A DNA stretch of 64,000 bases. It comes from Myxococcota bacterium. Lineage in GTDB: Bacteria; Myxococcota_A; UBA796; CAJQPC01. Shown here piece after piece: positions 38,761-48,869 of this stretch (its first letter is position 1; the number at the start of each line of letters is the position of its first letter). The position numbers and the translations under genes are program-made. The notes under the pieces are model-generated. The model saw nothing but the letters and a program-made list of their open reading frames with translations. It had not been told where the DNA came from and did no database searches. The DNA is taken from contig JAZAMN010000031.1 in assembly GCA_036229005.1 (NCBI GenBank), positions 64,001 to 128,000 on the forward strand, given 5' to 3'.

Positions 38761-39708
38761 CTACTCGAAGCACGCCGCATCCGGGCTGTCCCCACAGCAG
38801 CCCTCCAAGGTGTCCGCCGCCAGCCCGTACGCCGCCTCCCAGTCGGCCTCGGTGGGGTAGGCGGCCAGCAGGGCCTCCTGCTCAAGGTGGGGCATCCAGC
38901 GACTCTGGGGGTAGCCGGCCGCGGTCGCGCTCCCACGCAGCCCGGTCCTTCGACCGGTCGCTTCCAGCGCGAGCGTGCAGCTACGGCCCGCGGAGATGGC
39001 GTGACACTGGGTGCAGGCCTGCGCGTCCGGGTGGGTGACCGGCTGGGGGAGGACCCACTCGTCGGGGTTGAGCGCGACCAGAGCGTCCTGGGCGATGACC
39101 TCGAAGCGGTTGTGGTCCAGCTCTGGGAGCAGCCCCGGCTGGGCGATCCAGGGGTTGACCAGGATGGGGCCGTTGTCGTGGCAGACCACGCAGCTGGCGC
39201 GGCCCAGGTTCTCCAGGGTGTACCAGTGCGGCCGGTCGGGGAACCAGGCCAGGTCTTCGTCGCTGCCGGGCCGCGGCAGGTCCTGGCCCAGGCCGAACTC
39301 GTTGTCGCGGTGGTTGGTGGACAGGAAGCAGGTCTCGCCGGTCTCGGGGTGGACGGCGATGGCGTTGAGCTGGTCGAAGGCAGGATCGTCGTCGTAGTTC
39401 CGGCAGGTGAACACCCAGGGGGTGCCCTGCTCGTTGACAGCGACGCCGAGTCGGGAGCCCCAGCCGCAGCCGGCGACCGAAGGCTTGTCACAGCGCCCGC
39501 CCGACTCCAGCTGCTCGGAGTGGGCCACGGCGACGCCGTCCACGGTGATGGGGATCTCGGTGGCCGCCTGGCAGTCGATCACAGGCATCGGGCCCAGGAC
39601 CTGCTCGCAGCGGGCCAGGTAGGTGGCGGTGTCGACGACCTCGATGGGGGTGGGCTCGGAGTCCCCTGAGACCTCGTCCTTCGCGCAGGCGAGCAGCCAG
39701 ATCCACAT
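38761..39708 (-). CDS. lipoprotein with two CxxCH motifs (putative diheme cytochrome c)
   Basis: [13 protein letters not shown] and CTQCH. Confidence 0.75.
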   Translation of the reverse strand: MWIWLLACAKDEVSGDSEPTPIEVVDTATYLARCEQVLGPMPVIDCQAATEIPITVDGVAVAHSEQLESGGRCDKPSVAGCGWGSRLGVAVNEQGTPWVFTCRNYDDDPAFDQLNAIAVHPETGETCFLSTNHRDNEFGLGQDLPRPGSDEDLAWFPDRPHWYTLENLGRASCVVCHDNGPILVNPWIAQPGLLPELDHNRFEVIAQDALVALNPDEWVLPQPVTHPDAQACTQCHAISAGRSCTLALEATGRRTGLRGSATAAGYPQSRWMPHLEQEALLAAYPTEADWEAAYGLAADTLEGCCGDSPDAACFE

Positions 39709-39775
39709 CGTCGTCTCCCGGACCACCAGTATGCCCCAGGCCCGCTGGGTTAGTCGGCCCGCCAAGGAGTCCCCC

Positions 39776-40324
39776 ATGTCCCTGACCGACCGCGCCGGCG
39801 GCGTCTGCGAGCTCTGCTCAAACGCCGAGCAGATCGCCCCCTTCTCCGTCGCTCCCCACCAGGACGACAACCCCGACCACCAGATCCTGGCCTGCTCTGT
39901 CTGCCTGGAGGCCATGGAGACGCCGAACGAGCACGCCGACCACTGGCGCTGCCTGCAGGGCTCTGCCTGGTCCGCCGAGCCCCCCGTTCAGGTGGTAGCC
40001 TGGCGCCTGCTGCACCGGCTGGAGCCCGCCTGGGCCCGCGAGCTCGCTGAGCAGATCTACCTGGACGAGGACACCGTGGCCTGGGCCCGCCAGGGCCAGC
40101 CCGACCCCGACGCCGAGGCCACCGTGGACAGCAACGGCACCGCCCTGTCCGACGGCGACACCGTCACCCTGATCAAGGACCTGAACGTCAAGGGCGGCGG
40201 CTTCACCGCCAAGCGCGGCACCACGGTCAAGAACATCCGCCTGAGCGGCGACCCCAAGTACGTCGAGGGCCGCATCAACAAGCAGACCATCGTGCTGGTG
40301 GCTGCCTACCTCAAGAAGGCCTGA
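39776..40324 (+). CDS. phnA: PhnA/YjdM-domain protein with N-terminal Zn-binding region
   Basis: CELC...[23 protein letters not shown]...AKRGT.VKNIRL; AAGGAG RBS. Confidence 0.9.
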   Translation: MSLTDRAGGVCELCSNAEQIAPFSVAPHQDDNPDHQILACSVCLEAMETPNEHADHWRCLQGSAWSAEPPVQVVAWRLLHRLEPAWARELAEQIYLDEDTVAWARQGQPDPDAEATVDSNGTALSDGDTVTLIKDLNVKGGGFTAKRGTTVKNIRLSGDPKYVEGRINKQTIVLVAAYLKKA

Positions 40325-40327
40325 GTC

Positions 40328-41632
40328 ATGAGCAGCCTGTCCTCGCTGGCGCCGAAGGGTGCACTGACGTTGAGGGGCCGACTGGTCCAGTGGGTGGGGA
40401 ATCCATTTCAGGATGGCCCAGAGTCCCTCCTCCACCACCAGGACGGGCTGCTGCACGCGGTAGACGGCAAGATCGTGCACGCCGGGGACGCTCAGCGGAT
40501 CCTGGCCGAGCACCCGGAGCTGGAGCCGGAGCCCGTGCACGGCATCCTGGCCCCCGGCTTCATCGACGCGCACCTGCACCTGCCGCAGATGCGCATCCTG
40601 GGCGCCCACGGCGAGCAGCTGCTGGACTGGCTGGAGCGCTACACCTTCCCCGCCGAGCGCAGCTTCGAGGACCCCCAGGTCTGTGCGGACTCCGCGCGCC
40701 TGTTCGTGGACGCCTGCCTGCAGCGCGGCGTGACCACGGCGGCCGCCTTCTGCACGGTGCACGCTGGCTCGGTGGACGCGCTCTTTGAGGCCGCCAGCGC
40801 CCGGAACATGCGGATGATCGCCGGCAAGGTGCTCATGGACCGCAACGCCCCGGAGTTCCTGCGGGACAGCGCCCAGTCGGGCTTTGACGACTCGGCCGCG
40901 CTCATGGATCGCTGGCACGGGGTGGGCCGGAACGCCTACGCCGTGACGCCTCGCTTCGCGCCGACCTCGACCCCCGAGCAGCTCGAGGCCTCCGGCGCGC
41001 TCTTTCAGCGAAAGCCCGGTGTCTACCTGCAGTCCCACGTGGCCGAGAACCAGGCCGAGTGCGCCTGGGTCAAGGAGCTCTTCCCCGACTCCGAGAGCTA
41101 CCTGGAGGTCTACGAGCGCTTCGGTCTGCTGGGCCGCCGCGCGCTCTACGGCCACGGCATCTACCTGCAGGACCGCGATCTGCAGCGCCTGAGCGAGAGC
41201 GGCGCGGCCATCGTGCACTGCCCCAGCTCGAACCTCTTCCTGGGCAGCGGCCTGCTGAACGTCGAGCGCCTGGTCGGCCACGGGCACCTGGCGCTGGGCT
41301 CGGACATCGGCGCCGGGACGCACCTCTCGCCCATGACCACCCTCTCCGACGCCTACAAGGTCTCGAGCATGGCCGGGGCCCCCCTGGACGCCTTCAAGCT
41401 GTGGTGGCTGGCGACCGCGGGCGGCGCGGAGGCCCTGGAGCTGGCCGGCGTCGTGGGCAACCTTGTCCCCGGCGCGGACGCCGACATCGTCCTGCTGGAC
41501 GGCGAGATCTCCGAGCTGCACGCCCACCGCCTACACCACGCCCGATCCCTGGAGGAGGAGCTCTTCTTCCTGGCCGCCTGCGGCGAGGCCGACATGGTCG
41601 CGCGCACCTGGGTCGCCGGTCAGGAGGTCTGA
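40328..41632 (+). CDS. guaD: guanine deaminase
   Basis: PGFIDAHLHLPQ, LLDWLERYTFP.E, TPRFAP, HCPSSNLFLGSG, LGSDIGAG. Confidence 0.95.
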   Translation: MSSLSSLAPKGALTLRGRLVQWVGNPFQDGPESLLHHQDGLLHAVDGKIVHAGDAQRILAEHPELEPEPVHGILAPGFIDAHLHLPQMRILGAHGEQLLDWLERYTFPAERSFEDPQVCADSARLFVDACLQRGVTTAAAFCTVHAGSVDALFEAASARNMRMIAGKVLMDRNAPEFLRDSAQSGFDDSAALMDRWHGVGRNAYAVTPRFAPTSTPEQLEASGALFQRKPGVYLQSHVAENQAECAWVKELFPDSESYLEVYERFGLLGRRALYGHGIYLQDRDLQRLSESGAAIVHCPSSNLFLGSGLLNVERLVGHGHLALGSDIGAGTHLSPMTTLSDAYKVSSMAGAPLDAFKLWWLATAGGAEALELAGVVGNLVPGADADIVLLDGEISELHAHRLHHARSLEEELFFLAACGEADMVARTWVAGQEV

Positions 41633-42477
41633 GCGGGGTCCTGCGCCTTGAGGAACTCCACGTGGAAGCGACAGGCCCCCACCGGCTCCACGTGGTGCCA
41701 CTGCTGCGGCTGGACGACGCCCACCACGCCCGGCTCCAGCATCCAGCTCGGGCCGCCCTCGACCACGTAGCGCAGGCGCCCTGCCTCCACGACGATGCGC
41801 CCCCACACCCCCGCGCGGGTGTTGTGCCGGCCCAGAAGCCCCTTGGGCACGCTGCGCTCGTCAAAGTCCGGGGTGCGCTTGTAGGGGTGTAGATCCTGGG
41901 GCAGCGCGAACATGGGCTCACCCTCTGGAGCCGGTGGGCACAGCAGCATCTGCAGCAGCTCCCTCAGCGCCAGCGAGGACAGGCTGGGCCCGCCCATGCT
42001 GGTCCACGTGAACTCACCGATCAGCGCCCGGTACATGAGCTGGGCGCGCGCTTGGGCGACCTCATTGGGCAGGCCTGCCGCCACCAGCAGCTCCCGGACA
42101 TAGGCCAGCCGGCGCTGGTCCACCTTGCCCAGGACCTCGGCGACCTTGGGGTCCGTGCCGGCCCAGGCGCGCAGCGCGGCCTCGATGCGGTCGTGCTCGG
42201 GGTTGGGGGCGAACACCAGCCAGCTCAGGCGCTCCAGGCGCGCTCGGGGGTCGGCGCTGCGGGCGTCGGTCTGCCGAATCACCGCGTCCGTGGCCCGCTC
42301 CGCGAAGCGCAGCAGCATCGCATCCCGGAGCTGCGCCTTACCCTTGAAGTGGTGGTAGAAGCTCCCCTTTGAGACCCCCACCCGGCGCGCGAGGGGCTCG
42401 ATGGCGAGGGCCCGGGGGCCGCCATCCGCGAGGGCTTCCAGGGCGGCATCCGCCCAGTCTTCGGGGGTCAGCGACAC
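41620..42477 (-). CDS. TetR-family regulator fused in frame to a DUF1971 (TehB N-terminal-like cupin) domain
   Basis: WADAALEAL...IEPLARRVGVSKGSFYHHF; C-terminal YKRTPDF...P.GLL..HNT.AGVWG.I.V..G.L.Y...WHHVE; start GTG 42477 (GGAG) or 42501. Confidence 0.85.
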   Translation of the reverse strand: MSLTPEDWADAALEALADGGPRALAIEPLARRVGVSKGSFYHHFKGKAQLRDAMLLRFAERATDAVIRQTDARSADPRARLERLSWLVFAPNPEHDRIEAALRAWAGTDPKVAEVLGKVDQRRLAYVRELLVAAGLPNEVAQARAQLMYRALIGEFTWTSMGGPSLSSLALRELLQMLLCPPAPEGEPMFALPQDLHPYKRTPDFDERSVPKGLLGRHNTRAGVWGRIVVEAGRLRYVVEGGPSWMLEPGVVGVVQPQQWHHVEPVGACRFHVEFLKAQDPAQTS

Positions 42478-42524
42478 GAGCACTCCGGATCGGGGGGACA
42501 CCTCAGCGTGGCCTGCCCCGCAAC

Positions 42525-42563
42525 CATACGCTATCGTATGCTTCCAACATACGGAAGCGTATG
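42525..42563. promoter_or_regulatory. twin palindromic operators, likely for the adjacent TetR
   Basis: CATACG-ctat-CGTATG (42525-42540) and CATACG-gaag-CGTATG (42548-42563) between divergent genes. Confidence 0.85.
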
Positions 42564-42579
42564 CTCCCCGGAGGCCCCC

Positions 42580-43377
42580 ATGGAATCACTCGTGGAAACA
42601 CTGCTCGCCCCCGCTCTGGTCAGCGCCCCCCGCGTGGTCGCAGCCGCCAGCCTTGCCCTGCTCGCCGGGGCCCACTCCGTGCTGGGGGAGAAGGAGATCC
42701 TGCGCCCCCTCTTCGCCGCCCAGTGGAGCCAGCCGGCCCCCCGCTGGGCGCACGAGCGCATCCTCCGCTTTGCCTGGCACCTGAGCTCCGTGGCCTGGCT
42801 CGCCCTGGCCGCCCTGGCCCTGAACCTCCCCCTGGGCGCCAGCCTCGCGGGCGTGGGGCTGCTCAGCGCGGGAATCATCTTCTTCACCCTGCGCGGTCAC
42901 CTGGCCTGGCCGCTGTTCACGGCGGTCGGCGTGGCGGGCCTGCAGCTCCAGGGCTGGCTGAGCGCTCCGCTCCTGAGCCTGACGGTCGGGGCCGCGGTGC
43001 TCGCGCTGCTGGGGGCCTCCGCGCTGCATCTGTATTGGGTGGCGGGAGGGCGCTTTGGCCTGGACGCGGCCATCCCGAGCAGGGACGGTGAGCCGGCCTT
43101 CCAGCCTCCTGCCTGGCTCACCGCCGCTGTCGCCTTCGCCCTGCTGTCCCTGGCCGGCCTGCTCATGTGGGTCTGGGGCGGTCAAGCGCCGCGCTGGGCG
43201 TCCTGGGCCGTCGGGCTCGCCGGCTGCGTGATGCTGCTGCGGGCCATCGGCGATGGCAAGCAGGTGGGCCTGTCCAAGGCGGAGCACGAGAGCCTGTTCG
43301 CCCGCTGGGACGACCGGGTGTTCACGCCGGTGGTGCTGCTGTTGGCGGGGGGTTGTGGGGCGGCGCTGCTGGAGTGA
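42580..43377 (+). CDS. membrane protein with C-terminal DUF3995-like domain
   Basis: GGAGG RBS; LHLYWVAGG..G..AAIP, RAIGD...VG..K...FARWD...FTP. Confidence 0.8.
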   Translation: MESLVETLLAPALVSAPRVVAAASLALLAGAHSVLGEKEILRPLFAAQWSQPAPRWAHERILRFAWHLSSVAWLALAALALNLPLGASLAGVGLLSAGIIFFTLRGHLAWPLFTAVGVAGLQLQGWLSAPLLSLTVGAAVLALLGASALHLYWVAGGRFGLDAAIPSRDGEPAFQPPAWLTAAVAFALLSLAGLLMWVWGGQAPRWASWAVGLAGCVMLLRAIGDGKQVGLSKAEHESLFARWDDRVFTPVVLLLAGGCGAALLE

Positions 43378-43972
43378 GTACGGCCTGGGCGACCAGACCG
43401 AGCCCCAGGGCCGCGAGGAGGTGCCAGAGGAAGTGGGTGCCCACCGGGATGAAGGCACAACTCCAGGCATCCAAGGCCCTGAGCCCCCATGCCACCCCCA
43501 GCACCAGCGAGGACAGGCTGAGGCGGTCGGCGCCAGGGTGACCTCGCTGGTGGAAGGATCTGGCAAAGAGCGCGAGCAGCAGGATGGCGGGGAGGTAGGC
43601 CACCCCCATGGCGGCGGGGTCGGCCACCGCTGGCCACAGGAGCAGAGCGGGGAGCGCACTCAGAGCGCCCAGCCCCGCCACCCGACCCCAGCTGAGCTGC
43701 AGGTGGACGCGCGCCGTTCGGTGCAGGGCGATGGCCACGAACACGGCGATGGGGATCACGTCGGCGGCCATGCTCCAGGTCCTCGCAAGGGTGTGGAAGA
43801 GGGCGCTGCCCAGGCCGATGCTGACCAGCAGCCAGGCCCCCAGCGGGCTGCGAGGGCGCACCCAGAGCGCGGCCAGCAGGAAGGCCAGGTTGGTGGTGGC
43901 GTTGAGCGGCTCCGCCCAGAGGTCCGAGCTGAGCCTCTCGCAATACAGGTCCTGGTGCTGCCATAGAGACAT
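43322..43972 (-). CDS. ceramidase-domain (CREST superfamily) membrane hydrolase
   Basis: YCER...WAEPLNA.TN.AF, GSALFHT, GTHFLWHLL. Confidence 0.88.
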   Translation of the reverse strand: MSLWQHQDLYCERLSSDLWAEPLNATTNLAFLLAALWVRPRSPLGAWLLVSIGLGSALFHTLARTWSMAADVIPIAVFVAIALHRTARVHLQLSWGRVAGLGALSALPALLLWPAVADPAAMGVAYLPAILLLALFARSFHQRGHPGADRLSLSSLVLGVAWGLRALDAWSCAFIPVGTHFLWHLLAALGLGLVAQAVLTPAAPPHNPPPTAAPPA

Positions 43973-44104
43973 GCGTCCCTGTATCCGCTATGCCTCCCCC
44001 GGAAGGGGCGGGGCTCTCGGCATTCCTGACAGGTCATTGTCCCGTAATGGGCTGCGCCGCGCCCCCCGCGTACTTGGACGCCGAAACACCCGGAGGAGAA
44101 GCCC

Positions 44105-44911
44105 ATGCTTCCCATGATGCTGATGATGACCGCCGCCTTCGCGCAGGAGGTCGCGTTCGAAGAGACCAACAAGGCCATCGAGGAGGCCGAGGCCCCCGAA
44201 GCGGACCTCTCCGCCGAGCTCGGCGGCGCGATGACCACCGGAAACACAGACTTCTGGACGGTCAAGGGCACCGTGACCGGCTCCTACCGCTGGCAGATGA
44301 ACAAGCTGGGCATGTCCGCCATGGGCCTGACCGGCCGCAACCGCCCCGACGTAGACGGCGACGGCATCCTGAACAACGGCGAGCGCGACCTGGACCGGGT
44401 CAAGAACGCACAGAAGTTCGACGGCGGCCTGCGCTACGACCGCTTCCTGGGCGAGAGCTCCTCTCTGTACGCGATGTCTTCGGCGATGCACGACTACTTC
44501 GCGGGTGTGCAGCTCCGTACCAACGAGCAGGTCGGCTACAGCCGCAACCTCCTCAAGGCGGAGAACACCTCCCTGCTGGTCGAGCTCGGCGCTGGCGTGC
44601 AGCAGGAGTGGCAGATCCTGGAGGACCCCGCGGCCGAGGACTTCTCGAACGTGTTCCAGGCCCGCGCGCTGATCGCCTTCTCCCACACCTTCAACGACGC
44701 CGTGAAGTTCACCGAGTCCGTCGAAGCCTACGAGAACGTGCTCGACCCTGCCGACTTCCGCGCGGTCAACCGCGCTGCGTTGACCATGCAGCTCTCGGAG
44801 AACCTGGCCCTCAAGCTCTCCAACGACCTGTACTGGGACAACACCCCGGTCGACGGCTTCCAGAAGCTCGACCAGACCACGATGCTGTCCGTGGTCGCCA
44901 CCATCCTCTGA
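44105..44911 (+). CDS. DUF481/YdiY-family outer-membrane beta-barrel
   Basis: Signal peptide; TTGNTD; WDNTP..GF.KLD.TT C-terminus. Confidence 0.85.
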   Translation: MLPMMLMMTAAFAQEVAFEETNKAIEEAEAPEADLSAELGGAMTTGNTDFWTVKGTVTGSYRWQMNKLGMSAMGLTGRNRPDVDGDGILNNGERDLDRVKNAQKFDGGLRYDRFLGESSSLYAMSSAMHDYFAGVQLRTNEQVGYSRNLLKAENTSLLVELGAGVQQEWQILEDPAAEDFSNVFQARALIAFSHTFNDAVKFTESVEAYENVLDPADFRAVNRAALTMQLSENLALKLSNDLYWDNTPVDGFQKLDQTTMLSVVATIL

Positions 44912-44971
44912 GGCCGGCGGCCGCTCCCCCGCGGCCCGGCCACCCCATCCCCCCATCTCCAAAGAGACTCC

Positions 44972-45850
44972 ATGAACAAGCTCCTCCTCCTGCTGGCCTC
45001 CCAGGCCTACGCCCAGGACAACGCGGCCGGCCCGGCCGTCCCCAACCCCGATCAGATGCAGGTCTACATCGACAAGGGCATCGAGATCGGCGGCAACGTG
45101 CTGATCGCCCTGGTCACCCTGATCATCGGCTGGATGGTCGCCGGCAAGCTCCAGAAGGTGCTCATCAACCAGATGACCGAGCGCAAGATCGACGTGGCGG
45201 TCAGCCGCTTTGTCGGCAACATCGTGCGCTACATGGTGGTCGCCGCCACCATCATCGCCGCCCTGGGCCGCCTGGGCGTTGAGACCACCTCCGTCATCGC
45301 CATCCTGGGCTCCGCCGGCCTGGCCGTCGGTCTGGCCCTGCAGGGCTCCCTGGCCAACTTCGCCAGCGGCGTGCTGATCCTCTTCTTCCGCCCCTTCGAG
45401 CTGGGTCACGTCGTCACCGCGGCTGGGCACACCGGCAAGGTCGAGGACATCGGTCTGTTCGCCACCACCCTGGGCACCCCGGACCACGAGACCATCATCA
45501 TCCCGAACTCCGCCATCACCGGCGGCAGCATCGTCAACCTGGCCCGCAAGGGCATCCGCCGCGTGGGCATCGACGTGGGCGTGGCCTACGGCACCGACGT
45601 GGCCAAGGTCACCAAGGTGCTGGAGCAGGTCGCCTTCGAGGCGCCCCTGGTCCTGGATGACCCCGCCCCCGCCGTCGTGTTCGTGAGCATGGGCGCGAGC
45701 TCCATCAACTTCAAGGTCTTCGTGCACGTCAAGTGGCAGGACTTCGTGGCCGTCCAGGGCGACGTCCGCACCCGCTGCTACAACGCGCTGGCCGAGAACG
45801 ACATCGAGATCCCCTTCGACACCATCACCGTGCTGCGCGGCGACGGCTGA
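44972..45850 (+). CDS. mscS: small-conductance mechanosensitive channel
   Basis: LG.AGLAVGLALQGSLANFASGVLIL.FRPF, IPNS, VGVAYGTD, IEIPF. Confidence 0.95.
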   Translation: MNKLLLLLASQAYAQDNAAGPAVPNPDQMQVYIDKGIEIGGNVLIALVTLIIGWMVAGKLQKVLINQMTERKIDVAVSRFVGNIVRYMVVAATIIAALGRLGVETTSVIAILGSAGLAVGLALQGSLANFASGVLILFFRPFELGHVVTAAGHTGKVEDIGLFATTLGTPDHETIIIPNSAITGGSIVNLARKGIRRVGIDVGVAYGTDVAKVTKVLEQVAFEAPLVLDDPAPAVVFVSMGASSINFKVFVHVKWQDFVAVQGDVRTRCYNALAENDIEIPFDTITVLRGDG

Positions 45851-45891
45851 GCTGGATCAGCGGCCCCTCTGCTGGGCCGCGTGCAAGCCTG

Positions 45892-45921
45892 ACGCCCCGC
45901 CTCTCTGGCGGGGCGTTTTCT
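45892..45921 (+). terminator. intrinsic terminator after mscS
   Basis: ACGCCCCGCC-tctct-GGCGGGGCGT then TTTCT. Confidence 0.75.
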
Positions 45922-45935
45922 GTTAGTGTCCCAAG

Positions 45936-46910
45936 GTGAGCGCACAAATCGAAATCCGCCTCTTCGAAGGCGAAGCCCCCTCCCGGACCTCGCGCGTCAG
46001 CGGCCGCCCCATGACCCTGGGTCGCGCCCCCACGAACGAGGTCTGCATCCCCGACGACCACATCTCCTGGCACCACGCCATGGTCTGGTTCGAGGCCGGC
46101 AGCCTCTGGATCAAGGACCTGGGCAGCCGCAACGGGACCTTCGTCAACGGACACCGCATCTCTGCGCCTACCGCTCTGGCGGCGACGGACGCCGTGCGGC
46201 TGGGCCCCGAGCTCAAGATCGAGCTGGGGATCGCCGGGGAGCCCTCCGTGGATCTCCCTATGGCCTTCGCCCTGGAGGAGGTCTCCTCCAGCGTCCGCTA
46301 CCCCATCATGGAGGACCGCTTCTCCATCGGCAGCGACCCGGGCTCCGATCTGCGCCTGGACGACGGCCCAGAAGAGGCCGGCGTGCTCCTGGTCGTCGGC
46401 CACGGAGAGGTCTGGCTGGGCATCGACGACGAGGACCACCTGCTGGAGCTCGACACCCCCTTCGAGCTCGCCGGCCGCCAGTTCGTCCTGCGGGCCGCCG
46501 ACCAGGTCCACGCCCCCACGGCCGCCCCTGAAGGCGACCGCTACAACTACCGCCTCGAGGCCACCCTGGACGGCGCGACCGGTCCCCAGGCCGTGCTCCG
46601 CGACCTGTCCACCGGCAACAGCCACGTGGTCTCCGCCGAGAACCGCGCCGTGCTGCTCTACCTGCTGGGGACCCAGCTCGTGCAAGACCGCAAGGAAGGC
46701 CTCAGCGCCACCGAGTGCGGGTGGGTCCAGGATCGCCAGGTCGCCACCGGGATCTGGGGCCGCGGCTCCAAGGGCAAGGACACCAACAGCCTGCACGTGC
46801 TCGTCTACCGCCTGCGCAAGGAGCTCAAGAAAGAGGGCTTCGACGCTTGGTTCATCGAGAAGCGCAAGCGCTACATCCGCGCCCGGCTGGCCGAGGTCCA
46901 GATCGCTTGA
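45936..46910 (+). CDS. FHA-domain protein with C-terminal OmpR-like winged HTH
   Basis: LGR...ISWHHA...DLGSRNGTFVNG; C-terminal GIWG...SLHVLVYRLRKEL. Confidence 0.88.
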   Translation: MSAQIEIRLFEGEAPSRTSRVSGRPMTLGRAPTNEVCIPDDHISWHHAMVWFEAGSLWIKDLGSRNGTFVNGHRISAPTALAATDAVRLGPELKIELGIAGEPSVDLPMAFALEEVSSSVRYPIMEDRFSIGSDPGSDLRLDDGPEEAGVLLVVGHGEVWLGIDDEDHLLELDTPFELAGRQFVLRAADQVHAPTAAPEGDRYNYRLEATLDGATGPQAVLRDLSTGNSHVVSAENRAVLLYLLGTQLVQDRKEGLSATECGWVQDRQVATGIWGRGSKGKDTNSLHVLVYRLRKELKKEGFDAWFIEKRKRYIRARLAEVQIA

Positions 46911-46985
46911 AGCCTGCGGAGGCGCAGGGCCGCGCGTGAGTACGGGGTAAGCCCGATCAGGCACAGAACGCCGTAGAACTACTGT

Positions 46986-48869
46986 GTGAACGCGATGTCG
47001 CCCGTCTCCTCCCAACTGACCCCATCAACCCGCCTCGCAGGCAGGTTCACGCTCCTGCGCGAGCTGGGGACCGGGGGCACAGCCACCGTCTGGGAGGTCG
47101 AAGACGACCAGCTCGGTGTGCGCCGGGCCATCAAGATCCTCACCGCCAGCCGCCCCTCCCGGCGAGAGGCCCTGCGGCGGCGGCTGCGGGCAGAGGCCCG
47201 GGCGATGGCGCAGCTCGCCCACCCCAACGTGCTGGCCATCCACGACGTCGGCTCCCACGAACAGCTCGACTTCGTGGTCATGGACCTGGCCGAAGGCGGC
47301 AGCCTGGCTGAGTGGGTGGAGCGCACGGGCCCCATGGACCCGCACATGGCCCTGTCCTTCACGGTGCAGGTCCTCGCAGCGCTGGCCGCCGCGCACGCCG
47401 CCGGCATCGTCCACCGCGACGTCAAGCCCCAGAACGTCCTGCTCAACGCCCGCGGGACCGCCCTGCTGGCCGACTTCGGCATCGCCCTGTTGACCGAAGA
47501 CCAGCACCGCACCACCCGCACCGGCGTCGCGATGGGCTCGCTGAGCTTCATGGCCCCCGAGCAGCGCCTGGACGCCCGCTCCGTGGGCGCCTCCGCCGAC
47601 ATCTACGCCACCGGCGCGATGCTCTACAACCTGCTCACCGGGGCCAACCCGGTGGACCTGTTCACCGTGGAGATCGGCTCCCCCCGCCTCCGCGGCATCC
47701 CCGCGCCCCTGCAAGCCATCCTGGTCAAGGCCACCCGCCACGCCCCCTCCCAGCGCTACGAGAGCGCCCAGGCCATGGCCCGGGAGATCGTCGGCTTCCT
47801 GCCCCAGGCCGGCGACGACCCCTACCGCTCCAGCAACCCCGAGAACTTCCCGGCCCCCAGCCTGTCCATCCAGCACAGCACCTCGGGCCGCACGCCGACC
47901 ATCGGAGCCGACGGCGAGCCCCAGCCCAGCGGTGGGCAAAGCGGTGAACCCGGCAACGAGCTCGGCCACAACCCCACCCTGCTGCCCTTCAACGAAGAGG
48001 CCACCCGCGCGGCCATCACCTTCCTGGGCGACGACTTCGAGCTCTACGCGGCCTCCGTGCCCCAGCTCGCCGAGCCCAGCCCCCGCGGCGAGGGCCTCAC
48101 CCTGCTCCCCGAGCCCAACCTGCCGGAGAGCGGCCTCCTCACCGACGACCCGGTCCCCCCCGCCCCGGTCAGCGAGCCCGAGCCCGAGCCCGAGCGCTCC
48201 CCTCTCCCCTGGGTCCTGGCCGCCGGTCTGCTCCTGCTCCTGGGCGGCGGCGCCTGGTTCTGGGCCCAGTCCAGCCAGGTCCAGCAGGAGGAGGGGCTGT
48301 CGTCCGCAGCGGACATGGATCGGTCCACCTCGCTGGGGTCAGAGGTCGCACCCCAGCCCGAGACCACATCGGTCCCCGGCGAGGTGACCCGAGGCAGCTC
48401 GGACACCCCCATCCCCACCTCCTCCCCCCAGCCTGAGCCCCCGGAGCAGACCTCCAAGCCAGAGCCCGAACCCGCCGCGCCGGACAAGCCCGCCGCCAAG
48501 GCCAAGGCCCCCGCTGTCACCGCCGTGGCGCCACAGACCCCTCCGCCCCAGGGCACCGCCCCGCCCTTTGGCAAGTGGGTCCCCAGCGGCGGCGCGGGGT
48601 CGCTGGGCTACGTCGAGCTCGAGGTACGGGGTCACCCCGACAAGGTGCGCGCCACCTGGACCGCATTCGTTGGCGCGAACCAGGCAAAGACCCCCTTGAC
48701 CGGCGTCTTCGACCCGGACTCTGGCCGCCTGAGCCTGTCCAGCGCCGATGGGCGCACCCTCAAGCTGACCCTCTACCTGGACGCCAAGGGGCTCCAGGGC
48801 GAGTACAAGCGCGCGACGCCCACCGGTGACGACGGCGGGCACATCGACTTTTCCCCGGCGAGTTCATGA
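46986..48869 (+). CDS. transmembrane Hanks-type Ser/Thr protein kinase
   Basis: LGTGGTATV, AIK, HRDVKPQN, DFG, APEQ; TM LPWVLAAGLLLLLGGGAWFW; Pro-rich linker and small periplasmic domain. Confidence 0.95.
   Translation: MNAMSPVSSQLTPSTRLAGRFTLLRELGTGGTATVWEVEDDQLGVRRAIKILTASRPSRREALRRRLRAEARAMAQLAHPNVLAIHDVGSHEQLDFVVMDLAEGGSLAEWVERTGPMDPHMALSFTVQVLAALAAAHAAGIVHRDVKPQNVLLNARGTALLADFGIALLTEDQHRTTRTGVAMGSLSFMAPEQRLDARSVGASADIYATGAMLYNLLTGANPVDLFTVEIGSPRLRGIPAPLQAILVKATRHAPSQRYESAQAMAREIVGFLPQAGDDPYRSSNPENFPAPSLSIQHSTSGRTPTIGADGEPQPSGGQSGEPGNELGHNPTLLPFNEEATRAAITFLGDDFELYAASVPQLAEPSPRGEGLTLLPEPNLPESGLLTDDPVPPAPVSEPEPEPERSPLPWVLAAGLLLLLGGGAWFWAQSSQVQQEEGLSSAADMDRSTSLGSEVAPQPETTSVPGEVTRGSSDTPIPTSSPQPEPPEQTSKPEPEPAAPDKPAAKAKAPAVTAVAPQTPPPQGTAPPFGKWVPSGGAGSLGYVELEVRGHPDKVRATWTAFVGANQAKTPLTGVFDPDSGRLSLSSADGRTLKLTLYLDAKGLQGEYKRATPTGDDGGHIDFSPASS

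Noticed and set aside
43322..43377. 56-bp convergent overlap of the ceramidase and DUF3995 genes as a regulatory antisense system
   Set aside because: The overlapping ceramidase tail is low-complexity and Pro-rich, most simply a stop-codon drift.
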